From Fimbriosthenelais zetlandica (Eukaryota), in assembly GCA_977030845.1 (NCBI GenBank), contig OZ365117.1:3410001-3474000 (forward strand): a stretch of 64,000 nucleotides of DNA, in the 5' to 3' direction. Shown here in pieces: positions 1 to 13,240 of this stretch; position 1 is the first letter of the stretch; each line of letters begins with the position of its first letter. The notes beneath the pieces are model-generated. The model was not told the origin of the DNA and made no database searches. It worked only from the letters and a program-made list of their open reading frames with translations. Position numbers and translations under genes: made by a program.

Positions 1-3000
1 ATTTGGGCTCTTTGAAATGGTTAAAAATTAAAAAAAAAAAAAGGCAATTCAGGATCTTCCACAATCCTGAAGGAATGTCCCCCAACCCTGGGCAGATTTT
101 TTAGCGGGTGTGACTTGAGACACCATCTGCAGTAACTTCTACAGAGCTTGTATTACCACAGTTCCAGGTCTTGTCCCTATGAGAACACACCATTGTCCCC
201 CACCCTATCTATGTTTCATTATGAGTACTCACTGAGGGAGGAATAACATGCCACTGGCCATCCCTGGTTGCTGGTATCCACACACACAATGCACCTCCAC
301 CAGCCCCAGGTTTCAAACCAATTTTAACCTTCAATTATGCAGGTTTTCCCCAAGTTTTCCCTTCATTTTATTTGAGTACCATCTGTAATGACAAAACTCT
401 TGAAACTTTCCTGTTTTTGGCAGACTTTTTAGAAGGAACGGCAGGGGACTTTCGGGATGCCCTTAGGGAACTGTTCAAATGTCTTGGTGTTTCGTCCGGC
501 ACATTCAAAAACAAACCTCCTCATCCATGCCACAGCCAGCCCCATGTCAAATAATGATTTGGAAAAATGAAACTGCAGGCTGGCGTTTTTGGTCTGGTTT
601 CCACCTCTTGTGTTATTTATGGGGTATCTCTACTGAGGTTTGTTGCCATGGGACTTCAGCAATTCCCCTGCATGCGCAAGAGTCGCACATGATTGTAGCT
701 CTATAGAACATTATCATTTTCCAAGACTCATACACATTCCTGTAAGATCATTGGAGAACAATTTGTTACCCAGAGGCCCCTTCCTATTTCATCCTGTTTT
801 AGTTTAAATACCCTGGGAGTATGATTAGCAAGCGGGGCTGGTTGTCTTTGACAACAGAAACCAGACCTTCACTCGCTTCACATACACTTGTATAAACCGC
901 TTAGGCCTTCATTTAAAATGCAGACTTTGGAGCTACAAAGACTCATTAAAAGTGAAAGACATAAACCTCTGATACTTTCTCCTGTTTCGTTGCATTTTGC
1001 ATCACATATCAACGGTGACAATAAAGCTTTACCAAACTCTAACCAACAGTGGTATTAACTTTCTGATCACAACCTCAGCACTTATCTGGGAACAGACGTG
1101 CATACGGTAATATATATTTCAGAGCACGGCTCGGAAAAACAAAACTGTCTCGACAAAAGCTGTCGCAATGCAAATCTCAACTCCTGGCTTGCCCTGTTCA
1201 AGTCTCCAGCAGCAGGCCACATGATTCTGTTCAGGGACCTCGCCTTGACAGAGGAGGTGGTATAAATATTCGTGCCCACCCACTGTCTGGTGGTTGTGAG
1301 AACACATAGCTACAACACAGCACATGGTTGTCATACTATACCAAACTCTATTAAAGACTCCACGCCTGTCACCGTGTGGCTGCATACACTGCATACACCC
1401 CACCTTCACATCATTCACGTTGACCAGCAATGCTGGTCTTTACTTCAAACACTTATTACTTTTGTGGAATACTGTGAAGTGGAGTCACGACAATATTTTT
1501 GTTTTGGATATGTTAATGAAGTTCACATTTTATCTGCTGCACATCCACATGTATGCAAAATAGAAGATCGGGGCGGGGGGGGGGGGGGGGGTGCTGTTTC
1601 AGCGGAAAAATTTCCCATCAACTTAGCATTGCTAACGGTCGTTCTGAAATAGGCCCCTAGCCTCCCAAAAAATATTTCGAATGAATGAATTAATGGAGAA
1701 TAACGCCTTGCCTTGTGACTTTTTTTTCAATTTGTGTTGAGTTTGGCTCCAAACTTTTGGAAAAAAGCGGGTTACAGACATTGCATTTACCAGGTCTATA
1801 GCTTACATCCATCTCACCTAATGTACAGTTTATGTCAATCCCTCTAACACTGATGTATGGAATATCAAGAGGCCACAGAAATATTCAATACAAAATCATG
1901 ATTTATTTATATCCGGACCATGTCATTTTCCCTGCTACATTTGCTTCCACCAATACCATAAACTACATGAAAGGCCAACCATCGGATCTATGCCTATCAT
2001 ATCCTATGTCATCCATCCTACTCAGGCCCAAGTAGGCAAGGCATGGTCTTTCAATAGGTACATGTATATATATGTCCCTAGTGGCTTGGATGTTATTCAG
2101 GATCGGGTCGTCCTAATCCATGGCCAGCTGGCCATATATATGTTAATCTAGGTAGTGTGTTTGCTGATCAGGCTCGGGTGATTGTGTTAGGGATGTATAG
2201 GCCTACAGGAGATGGGTAATGTCCATACCCCTCACTCAACCACTGCCCACCCATTAAACCATCCTATATCCATCACCATCCACAGGTAAGATCATAAAAT
2301 CACTTTTTGGTCAACTTACTGAGCCACTGACTTCCAAATATGAACCATTTTCATCACATTTCATCATAGGCATATTTCAGGGGCATTGTTATGAAACAAG
2401 CCCCTGAATTGTATTATAATCTAATCTATCAATGCTTCGATCGCATCTTCATTACTTGTATTGTATTCTGACCTTGGTGTTGCATAACACACCAGAGGTC
2501 ATTTTCGTAACAAATAAGATCAAAGAAAATTATGCAAGAGTCGACAGGAATCATCAGAATGCCGAGATCTTGGCTTCTAGACCCAGTAGACCTCTGATGG
2601 CTTGTTCCTGCTAAAATGAACATTGCAACTTCTGGCAGAGATTGGACAATTAATGTAAAAGGACTAACTGACAATTTGTTGGTCCTAGTTGCAGTACTTT
2701 ATTTGGGAAAAACATTTACTTTACTATAAATCAAATAGGTATGCCCTTAGGTTTCTCCAGTGGCAACATCTCCATGTCATTTAAGTGTTCTGAGACAAAT
2801 GAGAAGGGCACTCAAGTGACACTCGAGTTTCAGGACTTGACAACTGATACGGCAGATGAAAACACTTCATATTTCGCGACCACATCCCCCCGACAGGAAA
2901 ACACGCCTTTTCAGGTCTCTTCACATCAACTCTTCCCCTGATCTGTATTCATATCGGCGTGAGGTAAAAAATGGCAGGGTTCCAATAAATCAAATTAATT

Positions 3001-5546
3001 TTCAAAAGCTTCAGTGATTGCTAAAGGCATGTAAAAACGGGAGGCAGGATGTTAGGGAGAGGTCATTGAAATTTAACACGGCTGATAAACATAAAAACAT
3101 GGTCATTTTCAGATTTGCGGAGAAAACATTTCCATGGCCATGCATCAGGGTAATGTGAAATGGACTTGTGCCACTTGATGAGTCGCAGATGTTTGCAAAC
3201 GAATCAAAATTTTAAAATTACATTTGCCAGTCTGATGCTCAAATGTGTCATAAATAGGTACATAATATGTTTACTTGCCTCTGCAGTAGTCGCAAGTGAA
3301 ATCACTTACAAAAAAATGCTAAAAGAGATACTGAATATGTATCTAGCGATATACTGCAGGCTGAATCCAGCAAGTGGATACTGATCGATTGGTAACAGTT
3401 GGAAAATCATCAGACTTTAAACTCATACCAGTGGTTTGGCTAATACAAAACACAAACAACCTAATCCTTCCTGAGTGCACCACTAAGTCCCACATGACTC
3501 GAAAGTGGAAATCTAATTTACGGCATCAATCTTCAGGCCGATAGGAAATCTATTTCATTTTCCACCGAAATCTGTTCCGCTTGTGATTGCCCTAGTTTTT
3601 AGATCAATCAAGATGCTTTCCTACAAACAGCTTTATCTGGGAAAGGAGTGGAAGAGGCACCGGAATGGGTGGCAACTAACTATGTTTGTACATCCGTATA
3701 CTATCAACACAAATACCTTTCTTCATGGAAGTAGATTATCTGGAGTCATCTAGACTTGCTAACAACGTTTCTGTGTGGAGTATTCTACGACTGTTCTCTT
3801 GTTATTTCACAAGGTGGGAAGTTGACATCAGAATGTCATTCCGTTGTTTCCCAGACTTGAGAACTACATCCATAACAGCCATTTTGAAAATGGTTTTACA
3901 GCTATAACCATGGGAAATTCACAAGTGAAATCAATAGAGTGGCAGACTAGTGAATGTGGGAGGCTGTGTTAATCAGGAACATCAAGTGCCCCATCAACAC
4001 AAAGACTAATCAATTAATGGCCCCAAGCCCAGGCCATCTCACCTGCAATGACTGGCAAACTGGCACCCAATGAATTAAGCACTTCCCAAACTCTCGGTTC
4101 AGGGGCCTTCGCCATTCTTTAATTTAAACCAGCGGATGTCATTATTTGCTCCTATAAGCGAGGATTTCCTTTTGGCTTGTCAAATATTGCTATGAAGAAA
4201 TGGGCGAGGTGAGGATGGGATGATGGCTAGCCTGAAGGGTTATGATATATGTCAGTGAGTGACTCTGACCTGGCTGGAGCTGGAGGTGTTCTCACCAGCT
4301 CCAGTAAATGTCAGTCATGGCCTCCAGGTGCTGCTCAACGGAGACCAACAGGTGTCAACTGACATATACTGACTCTACCAAAGGGCTGAGAGACAAGCCT
4401 CCACTGTGCGGCAAAATAATTGACATAGATACATAAAAAAACAGCAAACAAGTAAAATATTCAGTACAAATACTCACTATTGTAAGTATGTAAAAAAACT
4501 ATCAAATCCTTTCTTTAAAATACCTTGACAAATACTTTGACAAATTTTCACGACTTATAATTTGTAAGAACATACCTTTATACACTAGCAAATACGGTAC
4601 ACCTCACTTTCTGGTCAGGTGTGTGCCTCTACCTTCCTCCCACTAGCGCACAATATCCCAGCTTTATCCCCATTCTTGCCCCTTTAGCCATAGAGTGTAT
4701 GGCACCCTTGACCAATCCCTACTCCCTATACACCACTCAGGTTGTGTGAATAATCCCTGAGACTTGTTTAATTATTCCCAGTAAGATGCTAGTAATCCGT
4801 ACATGAATTATTCACAAAGAACTGCCATGACAAACTATAGGACGCTGATCTATCCTGGAGGGGTTGCGCCGGACGCCTGTCATAAAATAAGATAATCACA
4901 CAAAGATTAATCTTTATAATGGGAACTTGAGTGATCCATACGTATAGAACTTGGTGTACCCTTGTACCATAAGGTTACTGATGTCCTTACAAGACATTCA
5001 GGAGAATTATGTAGAATTTCCCAGATTATGGACCGTGCTGGACCACCCAAGCCCACCAATCATTGACAGAGTTGTCAACTGGCGTTGATCTGTCATCAGA
5101 AGATAGTAAAGAAACAGTGGTGGTAAACCTCGAACCATCCATCACCCAGCTGTCATCACAGTCTCTATACACGTGTATCTGTATCCAACATAAGGTACGG
5201 GAATACCGATACTAGGCCTTTATACATGGCTCTCACAAATACGACAACCTTTGGGAAGGTACTAGATCCCCCATGTCAAGGAGACCATGCCTACCATGGG
5301 TTCAGCAACATAGTTCCCACCAAAACGCGGAAGACACGCCGGGTTCAGGCCTGTAATGGTCGATATGTTGTCACTAGATTCATAAGCATTCTTCACCGTC
5401 TAAGATATGAGCAAGGAAGCCCAGGAACAGGCTTTGTTGGGTGAGTCTTCCTACACCAGCAACACTGCCATGAGTGTCCGTTAGACCCTCGCCAAAGTTG
5501 TTTTTTTTTTACAGGGATGTCAAACACTTGGTATAAAGTTATTTTT

Positions 5547-5616
5547 CTAGGTAGTTCTGACCTTAGATAGTTGATTTCACTACAAATTATATCTGGCTGA
5601 TGTCTCAGTAGAGAAA
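5547..5616 (+). repeat. Dispersed repeat, copy 1 (inverted relative to 32230-32299)
   Basis: A 38-nt identical core, ctaggtagttctgaccttagatagttgatttcactaca, plus flanking similarity. It explains the shared peptide LLRHQPxxICSEINYLRSELPR in ORFs 5393..5791 and 32085..32315. Confidence 0.85.
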
Positions 5617-7204
5617 AATTAATGGGTAAACATGATAAGTCCCACAAGTCAAAGAGCAGCCCTCGTTTAGCAGGTATGATGACGTCACAGGATGTCACGT
5701 GGTTTTGACATCCTGTGGCGTCATACTTGTTAAAGATGGCTGACTTGCATGAATCTATTGGTCTGGGGCACCTTATCTTAGATGACATCACTCATGGTAG
5801 AACATCCGGTGGAGCAGTACCCCATTAACACTGTAACACCAGCTCTTGTAATGGCGGGACAGGACCATGCATATATGGTAAATGTGCAGCAAGACCCTGC
5901 TAACATATACAATGGACTGTACATCCCGATACCGGAGTGAACATAGCATGACCAGGAGCAATAAGAATATCTGACACTCCATGTTTCATATATTTATCAC
6001 CCGGCAACGAATATCCGACTATCGACCACGAACCACTTCATCGTATAACTCAACTAGAGGAAGGAAGTGGACATTCCCTCTGTTATGTTGGACGGGGGAT
6101 CAGGAGATCTTCTCCTAGATTATATTTCCTTTTATTGGCTCAATTCAGTGAGAGCATATATCGATTCACATTGAGCCTTGGTCTTTAGGCATGGCACACG
6201 ACTGCTCAGACCTACGTCTGCATGGGCTTAGCACGGGAATATTTTATAATCCCATATCAGCAGAAATTTAATCAGATTTTTAGGCTGACCTATATTGGAC
6301 ATAAGGGGAATTTCGGAGAAGAAAATCTGTAACACAGGCAACAAATAGCATAACATGTGAGCATATGATTGTCATATTTATGGATCCAGGAATGTATTCA
6401 TTTCCATTATAGTGTGGATAAAATATCTTTGAGTGAGAGGTAAAAGGGAATAGGGAGGGTCTGTATGAAGGGACTGCATTCTCTGATGCTCAATTAGTTC
6501 AGCCATCAGCTGCTGGCGCCGGACCTACTTTGTACTTCATAAAAATGTTGTTTTACATCTTCGCCTTTAATTAAATGTGGCAGAAAATGTTAAGATCAGC
6601 AGGTGAAGTAAGCCAGGATAACTCCATGTGAAATTTATTAATGCGTGTATATATAATCTATATATTACCATCTATAATCCATACAAACCTGATACAGATC
6701 TCAGATATGACAACATAATGCTACTTTATGGGCTTCTCCTAAACGAAGCCCAAAGAAATCAGTCATATCTTAATGGAGTTGAAACGTTAAATCCCCAGAA
6801 GTGAATTTATTTGCTATTCTTGTTTTTGTAATAGCTGAGATGAATAGAGTCATTTCACGGGTCTCAATCATGCTACATTGGCGGCTACAATCTCACAGAT
6901 GATGGATTAATGCAGGTATTAAGAAGAAAATTGATTTCCCAAAAGAAGGGGAAGTGATCTTTATGATTAGAATACTTAAGACTGGAATCATAAGTCTTGA
7001 GAGTTAAAGACCTCCTACTAAATATTTTTTTAAAGTTGGCTTGGCAACGAGCAGCCAATAGATCCCAGAGGACTTGGAACTACTTTTTACTACCTTCTAA
7101 ACGGATATAAAAAACAGAAGTGGAGCAGGAATGATTTTTCTTTTTAAGAGATGGAATGGTGTATACATAATGCAACGAAATATGAGGAATCGTTACTCGG
7201 GGCT

Positions 7205-7348
7205 TATACATGCCTTCCACTGCAGTCAGCAGAAGATATGGCTGCTCTTTTACATGCCTCTCACCACAGACAGTGGAAGACATGACTGATCTTTTACATG
7301 CCTCTCACCACAGACAGCAGAGACATGGCTGGCCTTTCACATGCCTCT
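7205..7348. repeat. Minisatellite, 43-44 bp x about 3.3
   Basis: Recurrent ttttacatgcctctcaccacagacag..agacatg.ctg unit. Confidence 0.8.
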
Positions 7349-7461
7349 GTTCAGGGGCTGCACCATGTGTTGGATCCGGGTTTGAACCATGGGTTGGAGG
7401 GACTGAACCATGAGTTAGAGGGACTGAGGGTTCGGCCAGTAACAACATACCAGCTGCTAAA

Positions 7462-7853
7462 GCCTGCACTCCACTGCTGCTATTTTACATGCGACACTAC
7501 TGCGATAAAGGTGACACCTGTGTGATCCAAGTGTTCAAAGCTTTAAGGCCGTCCTCCACTGGAATTTTTATCTTTGAGACAAGTATCACCTTTGTTGCAG
7601 AAATGTCGCAAGTAAATCGCAGCAGTGGAGTCCTCGCTTAAGCCGGGACTCCACTGCTGCGATTTTGCTTGCGACACTACTGCGACAAAGATAATGCTTG
7701 TGAAGTTGTGTAAGAATAAATTTTATAAATTGTGGGTCAAGTGTCCAAGGCCTTAAGGCCGTCCTCCAATGGTAAATTTATCATTGAAACACAAGCATCA
7801 CCTTTGTTGCAGAGATGTCGCAAGTAAAATGGCAGCAGTGGAGTCCCGACTTA
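7462..7853. mobile_element. Tandem pair of TIR MITEs joined at a TTAA (superfamily unassigned)
   Basis: Copy 1 spans about 7462-7637 and copy 2 7642-7850. TIR GCCGGGACTCCACTGCTGC...GCAGCAGTGGAGTCCCGAC, with subterminal GCGACACTACTGCGACAAAG/CTTTGTTGCAGAGATGTCGC. TTAA at 7638-7641. Each copy contains ttaaggccgtcctcca(c/a)tgg internally. Confidence 0.7.
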
Positions 7854-7874
7854 GGGATGATGGCGACGACTCAC

Positions 7875-8040
7875 CTATAGTATATCTACAGCCATCCAGG
7901 CGGACTACGCAGGTACGGCGCTTGTAGGGTGCCGTATCGTTACACGTATACACCTCATCGTCTTCATCACCCTCCATCTCCTCACCTTCCTCCTCCTCAC
8001 TCACAATATCCGGCGGTGATAGCGACTCTGGGGTCTCCAT
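7875..8040 (-). CDS. PDE1C: Alternative first coding exon of the same PDE1-like gene: METPESLSPPDIVSEEEEGEEMEGDEDDEVYTCNDTAPYKRRTCVVRLDGCRYTI(G)
   Basis: 55 codons + 1 nt with in-frame stops upstream of the ATG and donor ATAG|GTGAGT (phase 1). Acidic, protein-like composition. The C-terminal LDGxxYTIG motif and junction are shared with the 36026-35933 exon. Corresponds to the first part of ORF 7798..8040. Confidence 0.7.
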
Positions 8041-11000
8041 ATCTTTAATTCCTCCGCTGTCACAACTCTCTAATGATGTTAGTCATTAACAAGGCTTGTT
8101 CCTACTCCAGCCTCTTACCTCATTAAACACTATCAACTATTCTCATCCCATGAACTTCACTTTAAAGTCTGAGATTTCTATCTTTAGATTTTTCAAAACT
8201 TTTCACTTAAATCCTTTAGCAGTAGTTTTCCCGTCACGGAGAAGCCTTGTAAAGTCCACTGGTGTTGGCCTTTCTTCAGTATTCCTTATCTGATGTGGAC
8301 GTTCTGCTTTGAATGCTCGATTGGGACGATAGGAGATAGGTTATTGATTCCACACAGCAAACGGTTTACCGGACTTCAACAGATGGAACTTACGTAGATG
8401 GACTTTATACTGAAGGTCAGCAGTTTATATTATACTAATATGTCACACTACAGGCTTCCTAATTGCTTCAGGATATATTGGCATATAGTTGGATCCTAAT
8501 TTACGGGTACGGATTATATTTCCAAGCAAATACGGCAACCAATGACATCAATAGCTTCTGGAACTTAATATCTGGACCATATAGTGAATATATGTGCCTA
8601 GTGGAATTATTACTATGTATAGGACACTACCGGTTATAAGTAGCATGGATAAATGGAGAATATGGTAGTTAAGGTTTCTATACTTGTGGTTAGATATGAG
8701 TAGATGTGAAGTCATGTGAAGTCTACTAAGTCTCCATCATCCTTGGCATTTGGCTGACCTTTCTAGTATTGTAGCTTTTGTCCACATTGTCTACATGCTT
8801 CACCCAATGGTCCCTTCCATAACAATGAATCACTTGGCACTGAGGTAATATTTTTTTTTAATTTAAAGTTCCTCAACCCTTATCAATCTTCATCCGATAC
8901 CATCCATCAAACCAGTAGACAGGGGAATCCTAATTTAGATGAACTTGATGATAGATAGTTGACCAAGTGTGAAATTTCAATGAATAAGATACTTTGCCTT
9001 CACCAAGATAAAAGTAGTACATGTTGTTGTTTGTGCATATTGTTGCAGACCAGTTTTCGAAGACACACTTCTGAAAGTTCCTTCCACTGTTTTCAATCAT
9101 TCTGCACTATGGTATTTGCTGAGATTAAATCCACAAGGACAAAGTTTAAGGATACCATAGAAATAACGGAATGACTCAGCACATTTGAAGCTTTCTGCAG
9201 CTGCTACTTTTCATTCTTCAGTGGTGATCCGATTTAGATGCAGAAAATGGTGGACATGCTCAGCAAATAAGTGGAACTAGTGCTCGACTGGCATCTCCTA
9301 TCTCATACCACTGTCTTACCAGTCTGCTTGTCTTTCCATTTAATTATCTCCTGTCAAATTAATATCCTTCTTCTTAGCTACTCAATCAAAGTGATCTGAT
9401 GCAAACTTCTCATATGAACACGAGGATGTATAAAGGTGAATCAGATGTTGTCGATTCATCAGTAAGGTAATAGGGACTGTCACCTTGTGTTTTGTATGAT
9501 ATATATTTGATTTCTAACCACCTTTATGGCTCTGGGCTATAGTGACAGATCTGGCGGTGAATGGCAGGCCATCTTGGTGGGGACTGTGATAGCCGGACGT
9601 ATCTAGTTATTTCTCCAGGCGGTAAGGATACTTGGTTGATAGGTGTAGACCAGTTGTGTGATTACCTTGCCCGGGTCATTTGACTTTCTGGTCTGTAGGG
9701 CTTTAACCTGTGTCACTTGTATGGCTAAAAGCCTTGTATACTACTACCGAGTGAATCGTGCCAGACTGACTGCACTAATGTGTTGAGTAAAGTCTATATG
9801 ACCACTTTCCCTGGCTTTTTGCCGCTGTGCGTTTTCTGTTGGGTTACATTAAAAGCCAACACGGTGAAATTGTAGCACAGAGGGCCATCAATTCACAGCT
9901 CATTTCCCTGGGTTGACTTGAGCAGACAGCACATTTACTACAGCTACAATTCAATATACAGCTGTGTCACCAGGATAAATCAGACGCCTTTCAAATGAAG
10001 TTCAGTTATCAAGAGCTACAACTGATGACTTCTGTCCTCATCGGGTTACATTGTGGCGCCGAAGAGAAGCATGTTTAATGGAATCTACACTCACATATAG
10101 TCTACCAAATGAGGCGCTCCACCCGTCAACATCTATGGACATTTTATGGCAGATTGGCTCAGCATCCGTGCCGAATTAGTCACATTCCATTTTCCAGGTT
10201 CATTTAGGTTGGTCCAAGGTCAAAATCAATGTCATGTAGGACAAGTAAATGATTATATTCACCAGTCATGGTGTACTAGGCTTACAGCCTGAGATATTGA
10301 GGACATTAGCTTGGACAGATCCAGGCTGCTTAATGTCTACTTTCTCTTAATAATCGGAAGCCTGACGTTTAATCATTAGTCAGTCACTAATATTTTAGAT
10401 TATTTCAGGGGATCAGGGAATAAGAGAAAGGAAGAAAGGTGCATCTACTGAGCTGCATACAAGTGCGAAGAATCAATAAGTCAGATGGTATGGGATTCAG
10501 GATACAGACTGGCCAAGATAGAGACAATTTGAGATGAGTCATGGTATCCTCCTGTCATAGACCATTGTCTTCTATGGTGTCTGTGATAACTGTATCCACA
10601 CTTATTTATATATCCCATGATACTATGTGTCAACTCCAGTCATGTAAAATATCCCGCTGCTATGTTTGTGGCGTTAGATACTACTTGGATATTGAGTTTG
10701 CGTTTTTTTAGGTTCAGGTTATACAGTATTTAAAGACTGTTTGATATAGGAATCCTACATAGCAAAGCTCACTAGGACAAAATGATGCTAAGAAATGACC
10801 AATCTGAACCGTAAAAAGATTTGTTTGGAAAATTCAAGAAATGTCTGACAACTAAGCTCATTTATCCTGATGATCTTTTGAGTTCAGGCCCTCTGTGCTG
10901 TGTTTAGCACACTTTTATGGCAGTAGATGAGACGATACCAATATCAGGACCTATAGATGCTCTATATACTTTGACACCACATACATAATGAGACAAAGGC

Positions 11001-13207
11001 TAATATAAAACACTTTTATATGGGTCCATCATGTTATTTCCTGTCCCTGGAGCCTTAAAAGCATGTGCTTATTGATATAGCGAGTGCCTATCAAACAATG
11101 TAGCTGTCGCTTCCACAAACATACTTAAGCCACCTCCGTCGTGCTTTCCACCTCAACCTCTCTCATTTATACATTAATATTAGCCTCGTTGTCATCGACA
11201 TTAATCACAATGTCCCATACTAAAAGCTTGTGATCAAACTACAAATTCATAAAAAATGCAAAATGCACATTTCGGAAAAATTAAGTGGTGGAAAATGAAG
11301 ATATGAGGGTTTTGTTTGCATTCTAGTATAGATAATCTTGTTGAATTCTAGTATAGTTAATCTTGTTGAAGGCTACGTTTTGTTGTTATCTTTGATACTG
11401 TTACAGTAGCAATGTGATGAAGGTTACAGAAGTAGACCTTGTAGAATGATACTGTAGACAAGGGTTCCAGGCATCGCATTCCCACGCTTTGCTTACATGT
11501 CAAACATAGGTCCAAACAATGCTCGCTCTGTCTCTCCACTCCCCATACAGATAATCCTACACAGATACCATGGCTAATCCTACACCCTATCTCCTACAGT
11601 CCCTTAATCTGGTAATCTGGCGGCCATCCACTATCCTCACATCTACCACAGAGCGCGATGCAATAATCCCACTGATCATCCATGCTTCCGGGAAATCATG
11701 GTGATCAACTCCGCAAAGTAACTGATCCAAAAGTGGGTTATAAGTGTAAGAAAGTACTTTGAGAGTGGAATCTCAGTCCAGGTGGAGGCTGGTGTGGATG
11801 AGGAGAGGCTGGTTTGCCCATCTGAGGGCTGGTGGTCTGAGAATGTTAACTGGTGCTACTCCTCACAGCACCATCGACCCTCCTACTCTTCCTCCTCACT
11901 CTGTGCAGCAGGATGGCGCCTCCTCCTCCTCCTCCTGCTACAATGTCCTCCAGTGTAGGAAAGAGAGCAAGAAACCAGCCACATATCCCCAGATCTCCCC
12001 CCAGGCCAGGCAATGCTGGCACCACACCATGACATCAACCCCTGTGACAATTGGGGGCAACTAAACAATAAGTTCAAAGGAAGGGACTGATGGGTTTCCG
12101 AATGGCACTTTGAAATGAACCAGCAAGGGCGAACTGAGACGAGTTCTTAAAGAACATAGTATGAGGAGTAGGGTTGGACAGTATTCTGGAGAAAAGGGTT
12201 ATTCCAAAATAGGTTGGAAACATGAATGACATCTAAAAGGGTCCCGAACGTGTGAAAATATGACAAAATTTAGCTGCAAATGACGAATTACAAACTAAGC
12301 AGAACAAAATTTTCATTATGAGAGTGACGTTATTTGTGACTGTGCAGGTAGAATTATAATTATATAGAATCACATGACATGCATTGCTAGAATGTCAGCT
12401 GTCAGGTGGAATGATATGTGTCAGCCAGTCTTCATATTCCTCTACTAATATGACTGAATCAGAATCAGTGTCCGCTAACAAGACACACACAATATTATAA
12501 TCTCCCAACTACAGCCTTACTGAAGCCATCAGCCATACTTCAGCTCCAGTTCTCCCCTTACTTTTGTAGCGAGGACTGTTCCTGCATCTAATAAATTGAA
12601 GGCAGAGACTTCTATATGATCTTCTAAGCTTACAGAAGGATCATATTATACTTAAATTTGCATAAATTGGACTCGGAGCATCTTCACAACACCTGACCCT
12701 ACAGACTGGGAGCGTATTAGAATGGATTCTGAAATCATCAATCTGAGCCTGTGGATCTACCCTTTCAAATGAACACTATCCTTATGTATACGAATTAAAG
12801 GATTATATAATATTTAGATGAAATAATCAGTGAACTCTTGGCAGTGTCCTCATTGTACTTGTGAAATTTTCCTTCCGTCGTGAGGCGCATCAGTTCTTAT
12901 TGGTCGATATCGCCAGCAATCTCACCAAATCTAACATTTATATTTCCTATCTAATTTCGATTCGAGAAAATGTCATAGACACGTCGTTTGTAGGTAGAAG
13001 TTGTGATATAAATATGGAATACAACGCATGTATCCTTGGTAACATCAACACAAGCTCTCATTGAAATGAGTCTTCCATATATTACCAACAAAATGATGCA
13101 AGAAATCTGACTACAATTCAGACTTAAAACAAAATAAATCCAAATGCCATTAAATAGTAATACTCACGATGTTATACGTCAATATGAATTACCAGGAAGG
13201 GACGAAA

Positions 13208-13240
13208 ACTCACCTGAAAGGACAAGACATATAGGATGAG
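13208..13240 (-). other. Second candidate recursive splice site (AG|GT at 13214/13213)
   Basis: Minus strand reads tcctatatgtcttgtcctttcag|gtgagt: pyrimidine tract plus CAG abutting a consensus donor. No phase-1 ATG-initiated frame leads into it. Confidence 0.4.

Noticed and set aside
1570-1591. Poly-G run (G17); C-rich tract at about 38670-38705
   Set aside because: Simple low-complexity sequence. G-quadruplex potential is possible, but nothing supports a function.
2120-2135. 16-bp perfect palindrome ATGGCCAGCTGGCCAT (also GGGGGATCCCCC at 42377-42388)
   Set aside because: About one 16-bp palindrome is expected by chance in 64 kb; the second lies inside the Helentron-associated element.
2459-2611. 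Possible second PDE1 exon (AGTSHQRSTGSRSQDLGIL..., acceptor ttcattttag)
   Set aside because: Only faint resemblance to PDE1C2 RFSRSKSQN, a weak donor (AAG|GTCAGA), and repeat-like surrounding sequence. I found no common PDE1 exon (LRSL..QLE, catalytic domain) in 1-7870.
5365-5446. Plus-strand exon candidate ending TTGG|GTGAGT (MSKEAQEQALLG)
   Set aside because: Weak acceptor, no partner exons on the plus strand, and no homology.
5393-5791. 132-aa ORF sharing a peptide with ORF 32085..32315
   Set aside because: The shared peptide comes from a 70-nt dispersed DNA repeat, and similarity does not extend as a coding paralogy.
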